NCBI GenBank assembly: GCA_034111875.1
Contig: JAWUWK010000028.1
Span: 4,707-68,706, forward strand
From: Gammaproteobacteria bacterium
Lineage (GTDB): Bacteria; Pseudomonadota; Gammaproteobacteria; Pseudomonadales; Balneatricaceae
Length of the DNA: 64,000 bases
Direction of reading: 5' to 3'
Part shown: positions 19,284 to 28,876 of the stretch, piece after piece
How positions within the stretch are numbered: the stretch's first letter is position 1
Layout: each line of letters begins with the position of its first letter
The notes under the pieces: model-generated
Databases searched by the model: none
What the model was told of the DNA's origin: nothing
What the model saw: only the letters and a program-made list of their open reading frames with translations
Translations under genes and position numbers: made by a program

Positions 19284-20525
19284 CTAGTGTGAGATCAGTA
19301 CATCACCAATTTGAATATTACTTTGACCGGCAAAACCGTTGAGGTTACCCTCTGCAGAGTTTTCCCGTACTGTGCTAACGGTCAAAGTCAACGATGTTTG
19401 ACTCAACTCTACTGTGGGGTTTTGTTGGGAATCGTAATAGGTGGATTTGCGATACACAGAAAATTTATCGCCGGTTTTTATGCCGGTGGCTCGGCCGGCT
19501 TTGAACCACACTTTACTTTCATTGGTGCGTGTTATCTCAACAGAAAATTGATGACACCTTAAGCTGCTATTGATGTCATCTGCCATGTTATTGAGTTCTT
19601 TTGCAACTTGCTTACCGTAATCCAATTGCCAAAATGGACTGCTGGCAAAACCAAATTTTTGTCTGTCATTGTTGCCCCATAGGCCTGCGGTTCTGAAACT
19701 CTTTTGATTAATAAGTGACCCTGTAAAGCCATCGTGTATAAATACATCAACTTCGAAAGCGCGCATGTATCTACTGCTTAAATAGTCATATTTGTGGTAT
19801 TTGTCTATAAAGTAATTTTTGTGTCTATAGACACTGGGAGTAAGCATCGAAATGTCCCTGACCACACCTGAGACCACGTATTGTACATCCAACTGTCTAG
19901 TTTGTTGTAGCACGGTGCTTAAGGCACCTTGAGGTAATTGGCCTGTTGCAGCCGTGCCAACTTGTGATTGAAGCATCAAATGACCAGCATTTAATGCTTG
20001 AATATTGTTGCTATTAGAAAGCCGCTTTGATAACTCTGTGGCTAAGCTGGATTCGATATTGCGCAGCTTTCCAATATTTGATTGACTTGGGTCGAGCATA
20101 GGAAACCCAGCAATGGCGACTCGTTTACGGTAGTTGCTGGCAGGATGGCCACTGGCGCATTTGTTTTGGGTGTTCACTTGTACGCTGATCATTACTGAAA
20201 GTAGATTATCGCTGATGGATTCATTGAGCACTGTGGCTCTACCGACATTGGCGAGCGATTCTATAGAAACGTTATCAAGGGTCATTACTCCCTGTTCAAG
20301 GTGTTGCTGAGTACTTATAAAAGCACTAGATTGCAGAGCTGCTTGCTGTTTTGCTCGAGTGATTGCAATGTGTCGTGCACTGCTTAAATCACCATTGGCT
20401 ATGACCGCTTGCCCCGTTGCTTGTACCGTTAAAGCGCTAGCTTGGGTTACCAAAAAAATACTCGCGATCAATAAAAACTTGAGCGTTAGGACAGGTGCTT
20501 TCCTTAGATTATTAGAGCTCAACAT
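19284..20525 (-). CDS. flgT: FlgT-like periplasmic protein (flagellar H-ring assembly family)
   Basis: 413 aa with a signal peptide. Divergent from a flgO/flgP-like pair, exactly as in Vibrio (flgT <> flgOP). The N-terminal region (ATGQAVIANGDLSSARHIAITRAKQQAALQ) and the middle domain (VAIAGFPMLD...) fit my memory of FlgT_N and FlgT_M. Confidence 0.6.
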   Translation of the reverse strand: MLSSNNLRKAPVLTLKFLLIASIFLVTQASALTVQATGQAVIANGDLSSARHIAITRAKQQAALQSSAFISTQQHLEQGVMTLDNVSIESLANVGRATVLNESISDNLLSVMISVQVNTQNKCASGHPASNYRKRVAIAGFPMLDPSQSNIGKLRNIESSLATELSKRLSNSNNIQALNAGHLMLQSQVGTAATGQLPQGALSTVLQQTRQLDVQYVVSGVVRDISMLTPSVYRHKNYFIDKYHKYDYLSSRYMRAFEVDVFIHDGFTGSLINQKSFRTAGLWGNNDRQKFGFASSPFWQLDYGKQVAKELNNMADDINSSLRCHQFSVEITRTNESKVWFKAGRATGIKTGDKFSVYRKSTYYDSQQNPTVELSQTSLTLTVSTVRENSAEGNLNGFAGQSNIQIGDVLISH

Positions 20526-20704
20526 AGTGTATCAGTTACCGATATAGTAAAAATAATTCAAGGGAAATGTTAAGTCGTCAATATAAGCTTAACTGTATAA
20601 TTTGACACTATAATACATTTATCGCTGATAGCGAATAGAGTCGTTATCAGTCTTAGTGTAATATTAACGATATAACTAATATGGGTAATTGAAGGCGATA
20701 CGTA

Positions 20705-21388
20705 ATGAAGTGTGTTTTATTAGTTTTAGTCTCGGTATTGAGTGGCTGTGTACCCCAAAACATAAAATCGCCATTTTCCAATGATATGTCTGCGGAACAG
20801 GCGCGAGAGATTGTTGAAAAAGCCATCGAAATCGACAGTCTGGCCGAGTTCGCTCAGCCCGCTAAAACGGCGTTAGCCCCTATAGACCCTAATTATTTCG
20901 ATCCTGTGAGTGAGGCTGTTGCCCAGATGTCTGATCAAATGGTGCGAGGTTTGCGTCAAAATAGGGTTAAACGTTTGCCTGTGGCGGTATTGCCTTTTAA
21001 ATCTTTGCGGCACAGTGTGCACGATGATTTATTTGGCGCAAGAATTTCCGAGAGCTTTGTCTTCCCAATGACTCAGCGCGGTTATAATATGGTTGATTTT
21101 CGAGCGGTCAGCTTAGTCACCACAGAAAAAACACCCGTATCTAAAGGTTTGCTGCCGACGTTGCAGCAGCAATATAAAATCTATTACATATTAACCGGTA
21201 CTTATGCAAAGCATGGTGATGGAGTGGTCTTAAATGCGCGTATTTTAGATGTAATCACACGTCAAGTGGTGGCCGCTGGACAGTCGCATATAGCTTACAA
21301 GCGCCTTGAAAGTATTTTGCCTGGTTACGATCCAATTGATGCGTTAAATAAAGGTTTTATCATCGAAAATGGTGTTGGACCGCAATAG
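20705..21388 (+). CDS. flgO: FlgO-like outer-membrane lipoprotein
   Basis: 227 aa with lipobox VLSG|C. The core LPVAVLPFKSL...FG..ISE.F...TQRGYNMVDF...YILTGTY...GVVLNARILDV.T.QVVAAG matches the FlgO-type fold signature. Confidence 0.6.
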   Translation: MKCVLLVLVSVLSGCVPQNIKSPFSNDMSAEQAREIVEKAIEIDSLAEFAQPAKTALAPIDPNYFDPVSEAVAQMSDQMVRGLRQNRVKRLPVAVLPFKSLRHSVHDDLFGARISESFVFPMTQRGYNMVDFRAVSLVTTEKTPVSKGLLPTLQQQYKIYYILTGTYAKHGDGVVLNARILDVITRQVVAAGQSHIAYKRLESILPGYDPIDALNKGFIIENGVGPQ

Positions 21389-21398
21389 GGTTTTAAAA

Positions 21399-21848
21399 AT
21401 GAGATTGACTACAATATTTAAAAGCAGTTTGCTGGTATTGGCAATGTCTTTGGCGGGTTGTGAAACTATCTCGAAAACCGCCAGTAATCTAACCGGCAGC
21501 AGCGGATTCCCAAAGAGTAAAGCTCAAACTTACAGAGCGACAGGATATGCGCCTATCAGCAAACAGCCTGGTATAACCAGAGGCGAAAAGGTGATCAATG
21601 CGATTCGTGCTTCAAAATTGCGTGCTTACCAAGAGTTGGCGGCAATGGTGCATGGTCAATATGTGACTAGTACTAGCACGGTAATCCAAATGACGTTAGT
21701 CAATGATGATTTCAAAACCGCTGTGGCGGGGGTTGTTCGCGGAGCGAGAGTGGTGAAGTCTTATCCTATTCAAGATGACGTCTATGCGACTATTTTAGAG
21801 CTTAAAGGCAATCAGTTGCAACAGGCGTGGATTGTCAATAATAACTGA
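21399..21848 (+). CDS. flgP: FlgP / LPP20-family lipoprotein
   Basis: Start chosen at MRLTTIFK... rather than the track start at 21369. It has lipobox SLAG|C and the LPP20 signature AIRASKLRAYQELAAMVHGQYVTSTSTV...VAGVVRGARVV...DDVYATILEL. Confidence 0.7.
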   Translation: MRLTTIFKSSLLVLAMSLAGCETISKTASNLTGSSGFPKSKAQTYRATGYAPISKQPGITRGEKVINAIRASKLRAYQELAAMVHGQYVTSTSTVIQMTLVNDDFKTAVAGVVRGARVVKSYPIQDDVYATILELKGNQLQQAWIVNNN

Positions 21849-21949
21849 TATGAGACAACGGTTACGCGCCATGTGGTAACCGCCATTTGGCAAGTCTATG
21901 GATCATGGTTCACAATCTGTTGGAATCTACGTGCGCTAACGTTTAGTGT

Positions 21950-22246
21950 TTACTTCTTAGGAAAAGCTTTGTTGAAGGCCGCTTTTTGTTCAGCACTTGC
22001 CGGTGCTTGGTGCTTGTCTTTCCAGCTGTCATAGGGTTCTTTGTAAATGATTTCACGGGCTTGATCGTAATCAAGTGCTTCGCCTCGGTCTTGAGCCGCG
22101 CTTAAATACCATTTAGATAGGCAATTGCGACAAAAACCCGCCAGGTTCATTAGATCAATATTCTGGGCGTCTTTGCGCTCATCTAAATGCTCAATTAAGC
22201 GTCGAAAAGAGGCTGCTTCTATTTCGGTTTGGGTTTGCTTGTTCAT
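21950..22246 (-). CDS. DUF1244 family protein
   Basis: 98 aa with the conserved LMNLAGFCRNCLSKWY core. Confidence 0.7.
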   Translation of the reverse strand: MNKQTQTEIEAASFRRLIEHLDERKDAQNIDLMNLAGFCRNCLSKWYLSAAQDRGEALDYDQAREIIYKEPYDSWKDKHQAPASAEQKAAFNKAFPKK

Positions 22247-22363
22247 GATTGTCGCTCGTTAGTGGTTTATTGAAATGATTGCGCTCAATGAGTGCATTGC
22301 TAGAGTAATAGCCCTCAGCTAATTTAAACAGCTTTAAGTCCTTAGTTTAAAAAGCGCCAGCCA

Positions 22364-25063
22364 TTAGTGCAAAGCGGCGCTGACATGTTGGTCTAGCTGT
22401 TTGCAAATTTCCATTTGCAGCAAATGAATAAACTCTGGGTCTTCGACAAGTGCTCCAGTGCAGTCAGTGATAAAAAATAAATCTACCACTCTCTCTCCAA
22501 CAATTGAAATTTTTGCCTTGCAAATAATAATGTTGTGGGAGGCAAATACTTCACCTATTACCGCGAGTAGGCCGGGTCTGTCAGGTGATATTATTTCTAC
22601 CAAAGTATAGCTGTGGCTAGGATCTGTGGTGAATTTGACTTTGCTAGGTATAGAAAAAAGTTTCATTTGCCGGCTAACGCGGCGCCTCAGTATAGAGGAA
22701 TAGGCATCAGGGTTGGACAATGAATTGATGATGGTTTGTTTTATTTCGTTTAATCTGTGTTGGTTGTCTGGAATGGATTTGTTTTCTTGGGTCAAAATGG
22801 TGTAACTGCTCAGAGAAAACTCACCTTGTGTAGGGTAAATACGTGCATCTTGTACGCTTAAAGAAAGTTGATCTAAGGTATCGACCGTCACGGCGAACAA
22901 TTCATCGGGGTTTTTTGTATAAATAATCACATCAGAGGCACCTTCATAAAGCCGTAAAGTCGTTTTCTTTATGAGTACTAACGTCTTTTCTGCTGCGCTT
23001 TTGTTTAAAATAGCCTGAGTATGCCAGGCAATATTTTTGGCGCTTTCATGGATGAAGTATTCATCGCCCAATGTCGACCATAGCTGGTTTATCAGGCGCT
23101 GATCTATGTCGCTCGCAGCCAGTGCTTGCATTGCCTCTTGTTGTACTTGATCGATTAAGTCTTGTATGTCTACTGGGTTCTCCAAGCCGCGCTTAAGCGC
23201 CAGTTTGGTCTCGACGTAAAGTTGGCGCATCAAAGAGGCGCGCCAATTGTTCCACAAGCTATTGTTAGTGGCATTAATATCGGCAACAGTGAGTACGTAA
23301 AGATAGTCTAAGTGAGTGACATCTCTGACATGTTCGGCAAAAGCCTGGATTATCTCAGGGTCAGAAATGTCTTTGCGCTGCGCCGTCATCGACATCAGTA
23401 AATGATTGCGTACCAGCCAGGCAATTAATTGTGTATCCCATTTGCCCAAGTGGTGGGTTTTACAAAAATTAACCACATCCACAGCGCCTAACTCTGAGTG
23501 ATCACCACCGCGGCCTTTGCCTATGTCGTGATACAGAGCGGCGATGTAAAGTAATTCTATTTTAGGTAGTTGGTTGACTAATCCGTGGGCAATAGGAAAC
23601 TGTTCTTTGTGTTCAGGATGTCTGAACTGTCGACATTTGCGGATGACTTTTACAGTGTGTGCATCAACCGTGTAGATATGAAATAAGTCATGTTGCATTT
23701 GGCCTACTATGCGACCAAATTCGGGTAAGTAACGGCCAAGAATACCGTAGCGTATCATGCGTTTTAGCTCAGTTGATACACCATCTTCTTGTCTGAGTAA
23801 TTCCATGAACAGAGAAATATTGCGCAGATCTGAACGAAAATCGTCGTCTATCAAATCCCAGTGTTCGCGAATTAATCTAATAGTGGAGGCGCGGACTCCA
23901 GCTATCTTGCGGTTTTGCGCCAAGAGTACAAACAGTTCCATCAGCGCAAAAGGTTGATGATTGAAAACGTTGTTGTGAGTGACTTCTAGAAAATTGTTAT
24001 GCAATTGAAAGCGGTTATTCAAGGCTTGGATGTTGCTTGGCTGCTTTGCGTTTAAACTCTCTTCAAAATATTGTAACAGCAGATCGTTAAAATTGGTCAT
24101 TTGCATGGCTATTCGATAGTACTTGCTCATAAATTGTTCAACAGCAAGTTTGCCTTTTTGATCTTGGTAGCCAAAAATTTTGGCTAAACTGCGCTGGTGG
24201 TCAAGCAGTAAACGGTCTTCGCGCTTGTTGCTTATCATGTGCAGTGCATAGCGGATCTTCCACAGGTACCGTTGGCCATTGTTAATCGTTTCTAATTCGG
24301 ATTCTGAGATGAACCCATACTCTACTAGTTCATCGATTAAGGTTGTACCAAAGTAGCGTTTTGCCACCCAACCAATCGTGTGGATGTCTCGTAAACCGCC
24401 CGGTGAGTTTTTTATGTTTGGCTCTAAATTATATTCGGTATTATTGGTGCGTTGATGGCGTCTTTTTTGCTCTGCTAGTTTGCCGCTTAAAAAAGATTTT
24501 GCGCTCCAAGCCTCTTCAGAGGCAACTTTATAATACATATCTAAACGCAATCGAGAGGCGCCGATAATAGTTCTAGATTCTATTAAATTAGTGGCGATAG
24601 TAATATCGGTTTTAGACAGCTCAAAGCATTCATCTATAGTTCTCACACTTGAACCGATATCAAGTTTAATATCCCACAAAAAAGTTAAGAAACCACTAAT
24701 ACTCTTTTGGTATTCTTCAGGATCAGCGCGGTCAAACAGAATCAATATATCGATATCAGAATGAGGATGTAACTCACCTCGACCATAACCACCGACTGCA
24801 ATTAGGCTGGCTTTGCTAGTGTCTGGCCAATCGAAAAGTTGCCATGCCTTAACCAGTAACATATCAAGAATTTGCGAGCGACCATAAATAATTTGCTGGA
24901 TAGGGGTGTTGGCTTGGAACGCTTTATCCAAATTATCGCACATGCTTTTAAGTGCTTGCTTAAAAACTTTAATTGGCTGCTCATCACTAGTTAGCTGTTG
25001 CTCAAACAGAGCAGCATCGAAAAAAACACTGAGATTAACGTCTTGATTTTGAGGGCTGGTCAT
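22364..25063 (-). CDS. glnD: [Protein-PII] uridylyltransferase / uridylyl-removing enzyme
   Basis: Has the NTase motif GGYGRGELHPHSDIDI, the HD domain (LYHDIGKG) and two C-terminal ACT-like regions. Start set at MTSPQNQ (ATG at 25063, preceded by AGGA) rather than the track start at 25117. Confidence 0.93.
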   Translation of the reverse strand: MTSPQNQDVNLSVFFDAALFEQQLTSDEQPIKVFKQALKSMCDNLDKAFQANTPIQQIIYGRSQILDMLLVKAWQLFDWPDTSKASLIAVGGYGRGELHPHSDIDILILFDRADPEEYQKSISGFLTFLWDIKLDIGSSVRTIDECFELSKTDITIATNLIESRTIIGASRLRLDMYYKVASEEAWSAKSFLSGKLAEQKRRHQRTNNTEYNLEPNIKNSPGGLRDIHTIGWVAKRYFGTTLIDELVEYGFISESELETINNGQRYLWKIRYALHMISNKREDRLLLDHQRSLAKIFGYQDQKGKLAVEQFMSKYYRIAMQMTNFNDLLLQYFEESLNAKQPSNIQALNNRFQLHNNFLEVTHNNVFNHQPFALMELFVLLAQNRKIAGVRASTIRLIREHWDLIDDDFRSDLRNISLFMELLRQEDGVSTELKRMIRYGILGRYLPEFGRIVGQMQHDLFHIYTVDAHTVKVIRKCRQFRHPEHKEQFPIAHGLVNQLPKIELLYIAALYHDIGKGRGGDHSELGAVDVVNFCKTHHLGKWDTQLIAWLVRNHLLMSMTAQRKDISDPEIIQAFAEHVRDVTHLDYLYVLTVADINATNNSLWNNWRASLMRQLYVETKLALKRGLENPVDIQDLIDQVQQEAMQALAASDIDQRLINQLWSTLGDEYFIHESAKNIAWHTQAILNKSAAEKTLVLIKKTTLRLYEGASDVIIYTKNPDELFAVTVDTLDQLSLSVQDARIYPTQGEFSLSSYTILTQENKSIPDNQHRLNEIKQTIINSLSNPDAYSSILRRRVSRQMKLFSIPSKVKFTTDPSHSYTLVEIISPDRPGLLAVIGEVFASHNIIICKAKISIVGERVVDLFFITDCTGALVEDPEFIHLLQMEICKQLDQHVSAALH

Positions 25064-25164
25064 GTGTTTTCCTGTGATTTGAAACCAATAAATGAAGTCT
25101 TCTGAATGAGCTCGCAACCATTAGCTTCTAGCCGCAGACTGCTTATCTTTCAGCTTAGATGCGG

Positions 25165-25935
25165 TTAGAAGTTTTCTTCGCTGCGCTGAGTCAGTACTTC
25201 GTAGCCATCTGCGGTGACCAATATGGTGTGTTCCCACTGAGCGGATAAACGCCGGTCAGCAGTGTCCACGGTCCAACCATCTTTTTTGTTGAGTTTTACT
25301 TGGCGCTTGCCGGCGTTAATCATAGGTTCAATCGTGAAAATATTACCTTTTAGTAATACTTCGCCGGTACCGGCGCGACCGTAATGAAGCACTTGTGGGT
25401 CCTCGTGGAATTCCGCGCCTATGCCGTGGCCGCAATATTCGCGCACCACAGAATAGTGGTTTTTTTCAGCATGCTGTTGGATAATATGACCGAAATCACC
25501 TAGATAGGCGCCAGGTTTAACTAACGCCATTGCTTTATAAAGGCACTCTTGAGTCACTTCAACCAATCGCGCGGCGTGCGCGAGCGGTTTGCCCACAAAA
25601 AACATTTTACTGGTATCTCCATGGTAGCCATCCTTAATAACAGTGATGTCGACGTTAATGATATCGCCGCTTTTTAATTTCTTGTCGTTGGGGATTCCGT
25701 GACAGACACAATGGTTCACAGAAGTACAAATAGATTTGGGGAAGCCGTGATAATTTAAAGGTGCCGGTATGGCTTGTTGAACATCGACAATGTAGTCGTG
25801 ACAGATTTGATTTAGCTGATTGGTTGTGACGCCGGCGACTACGTGCTCTTCAATCATTTCTAGTACTTGAGCTGCTAGCCTGCCTGCGACACGCATTTTG
25901 CTGATTTCATCAGCATTTTTAACAAGGATTGCCAT
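25165..25935 (-). CDS. map: Methionine aminopeptidase, type I
   Basis: 256 aa, collinear with E. coli Map (CHGIPN, DIINVDITV, YCGHGIG, FTIEPM, QWEHT). Synteny is glnD-map <> rpsB. Confidence 0.97.
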   Translation of the reverse strand: MAILVKNADEISKMRVAGRLAAQVLEMIEEHVVAGVTTNQLNQICHDYIVDVQQAIPAPLNYHGFPKSICTSVNHCVCHGIPNDKKLKSGDIINVDITVIKDGYHGDTSKMFFVGKPLAHAARLVEVTQECLYKAMALVKPGAYLGDFGHIIQQHAEKNHYSVVREYCGHGIGAEFHEDPQVLHYGRAGTGEVLLKGNIFTIEPMINAGKRQVKLNKKDGWTVDTADRRLSAQWEHTILVTADGYEVLTQRSEENF

Positions 25936-26226
25936 ATTATTTGATTAACCCGAATCTCGTGAAAGTGGTCTGCTGTAAGCAAAAGTTATTTCTATTACTG
26001 AGCAAATTGGATATCGGGTCATTGTATAGAAATTCTTGGACACTTTGGAGGTTTTCCTTCATTTAGGTAGTGTTTTATGTTATAAAGTCCGCCCGAGAAT
26101 GCATAGGCTGTTACTCGGGAAAAATCACACACACATCGTCACATCTGCTGGGTGCCTGCGAAATTACTCAAAGGTTAGTATATGGGATGTGTGGAGGTCG
26201 AACCCAAAACCATAGGAAAGACAACA

Positions 26227-26946
26227 ATGGCACAAGTTACAATGCGTGAACTGCTTAAGGCAGGCGTACATTTTGGTCACCAAACCCGTTACTGGAACCC
26301 AAAGATGAACCAATTCATCTTCGGTGCACGTAATAAGATTCATATCATTAACTTAGAGCATACGCTTCCTGCGTTAAATGATTCTCTTAACATCGTTAAG
26401 AATATGGCCGGTAATAAGAATAAGATCTTGTTCGTAGGCACTAAGCGTGCAGCGAGCAAAATCATTAAAGAAGAAGCGCGTCGTGCGGGTATGCCTTACG
26501 TAAACCACCGCTGGTTAGGTGGCATGTTGACAAACTACAAGACAATCCGCCAGTCTATTCGGCGTCTTCGTGAGCTTGAATCACAAGCCGATGATGGAAC
26601 TTTTACTCAGCTGACTAAAAAAGAAGCGTTAATGCGTCAGCGTGAAATGGAAAAGCTAGAGCGTTCTATCGGTGGTATCAAAGAAATGGGCGGGCTTCCT
26701 GACGCGCTTTTCGTTGTCGATGTAGATCATGAACGTATTGCTATCAACGAAGCTAACAAATTGGGTATTCCAGTTATCGGTATTGTCGATACTAACAGTA
26801 ACCCTGACGGTGTTGATTATGTGATTCCTGGAAACGACGATGCACTGCGCGCGATTCAGATTTACGTAGGTTCTATGGCAGACGCTTGCACTGAAGGTTC
26901 TGAAGTTGCTGCGGGTGATAAAAACGAATTTGTTGAAGTAGAATAA
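26227..26946 (+). CDS. rpsB: 30S ribosomal protein S2
   Basis: [27 protein letters not shown]... The ATG at 26227 is preceded by AGGAAAG. The upstream extension in the track is not homologous to S2. Confidence 0.97.
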   Translation: MAQVTMRELLKAGVHFGHQTRYWNPKMNQFIFGARNKIHIINLEHTLPALNDSLNIVKNMAGNKNKILFVGTKRAASKIIKEEARRAGMPYVNHRWLGGMLTNYKTIRQSIRRLRELESQADDGTFTQLTKKEALMRQREMEKLERSIGGIKEMGGLPDALFVVDVDHERIAINEANKLGIPVIGIVDTNSNPDGVDYVIPGNDDALRAIQIYVGSMADACTEGSEVAAGDKNEFVEVE

Positions 26947-26996
26947 GCAAATCTTTTGTTTGTTTGAAGCTATAAATTTAGTTGTTTGATTTAAAA

Positions 26997-27020
26997 GGGG
27001 AGCCTCGCTCCCTTTTTTTT
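26997..27020 (+). terminator. Intra-operon attenuator/terminator between rpsB and tsf
   Basis: gggagc-ctc-gctccc is followed by T8 (27013-27020). An internal rpsB-tsf terminator is known in E. coli. Confidence 0.7.
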
Positions 27021-27055
27021 GAATGTTGATTGGATGCAATCAAAGGGGCGAGAAA

Positions 27056-27913
27056 ATGGCTGTTTCAGCTAAGTTGGTAAAAGAACTGCGTGATCGTACC
27101 GGTCTGGGTATGCTTGAGTGTAAAAAAGCACTGAAAGCGGTAGATGGTGACGTTGAAAAGGCAATTGAAGAATTGCGTAAGTCATCTGGAATGAAAGCGG
27201 CTAAAAAAGCAGGTCGTACAGCGGCAGATGGTGTTGTGCTAGCGAAAATTGCCGATGATGGTTCATACGGAGTGTTGGTTGAAGTTAACTCTGAAACTGA
27301 CTTTGCTGCCCGTGAAGAAAATTTCTTAAAATTTGCGCAATCTATTACAGAAGCTGCATTTGCTGCTAAGACCACAGACGTGGCGGCAATTATGACAGAT
27401 GAAAGGGTTGCTGCGCGTGATGCACTAGTACAAAAAATAGGCGAAAATATTAGCCTGCGCCGTATTTCACTGGTAGAAGGTGAGGCGGTAGGTGCGTATG
27501 TTCATTCGAACAACCGTATTGCCGCGCTGGTTTCAGTAACGGGTGCTAGCGGTGAAGTGGCTAAAGATGTTGCCATGCATGTCAGTGCAACTAACCCACG
27601 TGTTGTTAATAAAGACGATATGCCTGCCGATGAAGTCCAAAAAGAGAAAGACATCATTATGGCACAACCGGATATGGCGAGTAAGCCTGTTGAAATCGCC
27701 GAAAAAATGGTGATTGGTCGTATCAGTAAGTTCCTTTCTGAAAACAGTTTGGTAGAGCAAGCTTTCGTTAAAAATCCAGAGCAGAAAGTAGGGGCTATGG
27801 TTAAAGCGGCTGGCGGCGCTGTTGTCAGCTTTGTTCGTCTGGAAGTTGGCGAAGGTATTGAAGTTGCAGAAGTAGACTTTGCAACAGAAGTGGCAGCACA
27901 GCTAAAAAGTTAA
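27056..27913 (+). CDS. tsf: Elongation factor Ts
   Basis: Begins [26 protein letters not shown] (UBA-like N-terminus) and is collinear with EF-Ts. Confidence 0.97.
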   Translation: MAVSAKLVKELRDRTGLGMLECKKALKAVDGDVEKAIEELRKSSGMKAAKKAGRTAADGVVLAKIADDGSYGVLVEVNSETDFAAREENFLKFAQSITEAAFAAKTTDVAAIMTDERVAARDALVQKIGENISLRRISLVEGEAVGAYVHSNNRIAALVSVTGASGEVAKDVAMHVSATNPRVVNKDDMPADEVQKEKDIIMAQPDMASKPVEIAEKMVIGRISKFLSENSLVEQAFVKNPEQKVGAMVKAAGGAVVSFVRLEVGEGIEVAEVDFATEVAAQLKS

Positions 27914-27930
27914 TAAATGCTGTTTTTTCA

Positions 27931-27966
27931 AGCGCATGTGGCTATTATAGCGACATGCGCTTTTTT
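27931..27966 (+). terminator. Rho-independent terminator after tsf
   Basis: agcgcatgt ... acatgcgct form a perfect 9-bp stem, followed by tttttt. Confidence 0.85.
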
Positions 27967-28111
27967 GTATCTGCGCCACTAGAATGAAGGTTCTCAGCCT
28001 GCAAATAGCCAATGTTTATGCAAAGGTAGATTGGTTTGAGAAAAGGTATCTGTTACCGTTAGATAATAGGCGCTAATTAGGTTTTTTAAGCAGATTATTC
28101 GGAGAAAATTA

Positions 28112-28876
28112 ATGGCCACAGCAACAAATAAGAGACTGTCTCAATATAAGCGAATTCTGCTAAAACTCAGTGGTGAAGCGTTAACGGGCGAAGAGAGTTT
28201 TGGAATAGATCCTAAAGTGTTAGACAGAATGTCACTGGAAATTGGGCAGCTGATTGGTATTGGTGTACAAGTCGGGATTGTAATAGGCGGTGGTAATCTA
28301 TTCAGAGGGGCTGCATTGAGCGCCAATGGTTTAGATCGTGTTACCGGAGACCACATGGGTATGTTGGCAACAGTGATGAATTCTCTGGCATTAAGAGATT
28401 CACTGGAGCGTGCCAATATAACCACAAGAGTCATGTCATCAATCCCAATGAGTGGTGTTGTTGACCATTATGATCGTCGTCACGCAATGCGTTACTTAGG
28501 TCAAGGTGATGTGGTAATCTTTGCAGCAGGTACAGGTAATCCGTTTTTCACCACTGATACAGCCGCCTGTTTAAGAGGTATAGAAGTTGACGCAGATATA
28601 GTATTAAAGGCGACTAAAGTTGATGGCGTGTATACCGCTGATCCAATGAAAGATAGTAGCGCTAAGCGCTACTTACATTTGGGTTTCGATGAATTGTTGG
28701 AGAAACAGCTAGAAGTAATGGATTTGACAGCGATTTGTTTAACAAGAGATCATGATATGCCTATTCAAGTATTTAATATGAATCGACCAGGGGCATTGGT
28801 CAGCTTGGTGATGGGAAATACTGAGGGGACGCTGATTAGTAGCGAAGAATACACAGGAGAAAAGTATGCTGAATGA
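28112..28876 (+). CDS. pyrH: UMP kinase
   Basis: Has [18 protein letters not shown] and the TGNPFFTTD motif. A short C-terminal extension overlaps frr by 11 nt. Confidence 0.96.
   Translation: MATATNKRLSQYKRILLKLSGEALTGEESFGIDPKVLDRMSLEIGQLIGIGVQVGIVIGGGNLFRGAALSANGLDRVTGDHMGMLATVMNSLALRDSLERANITTRVMSSIPMSGVVDHYDRRHAMRYLGQGDVVIFAAGTGNPFFTTDTAACLRGIEVDADIVLKATKVDGVYTADPMKDSSAKRYLHLGFDELLEKQLEVMDLTAICLTRDHDMPIQVFNMNRPGALVSLVMGNTEGTLISSEEYTGEKYAE

Noticed and set aside
18815-19562. Plus-strand ORFs 18815-19147 (110 aa), 19157-19342 (61 aa) and 19311-19562 (83 aa), which show similarity to one another.
   Set aside because: They are antisense read-throughs of the flgT 3' end and its decayed tandem copy. 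Their mutual similarity is explained by the DNA duplication. They have Cys/Tyr-rich nonsense composition and no Shine-Dalgarno sequence, and they run across a strong terminator.
20526-20704. Sigma-28 or sigma-54 promoters in the flgT/flgO divergent spacer.
   Set aside because: There are only 6/8 matches to the GCCGATAA -10 element (accgatat at about 20538, agcgataa on the reverse strand at about 20621). No properly spaced TAAA -35 and no TGGCAC-N5-TTGC are present. This is not enough to call a promoter.
26656-27039. 127-aa minus-strand ORF over the rpsB 3' end. Many similar antisense ORFs lie inside large genes (for example 40155-40610 in dnaE, 33954-34232 in bamA and 8256-8573 in epmB).
   Set aside because: All lie antisense to, or out of frame with, strongly supported conserved genes. 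They are shadow ORFs.
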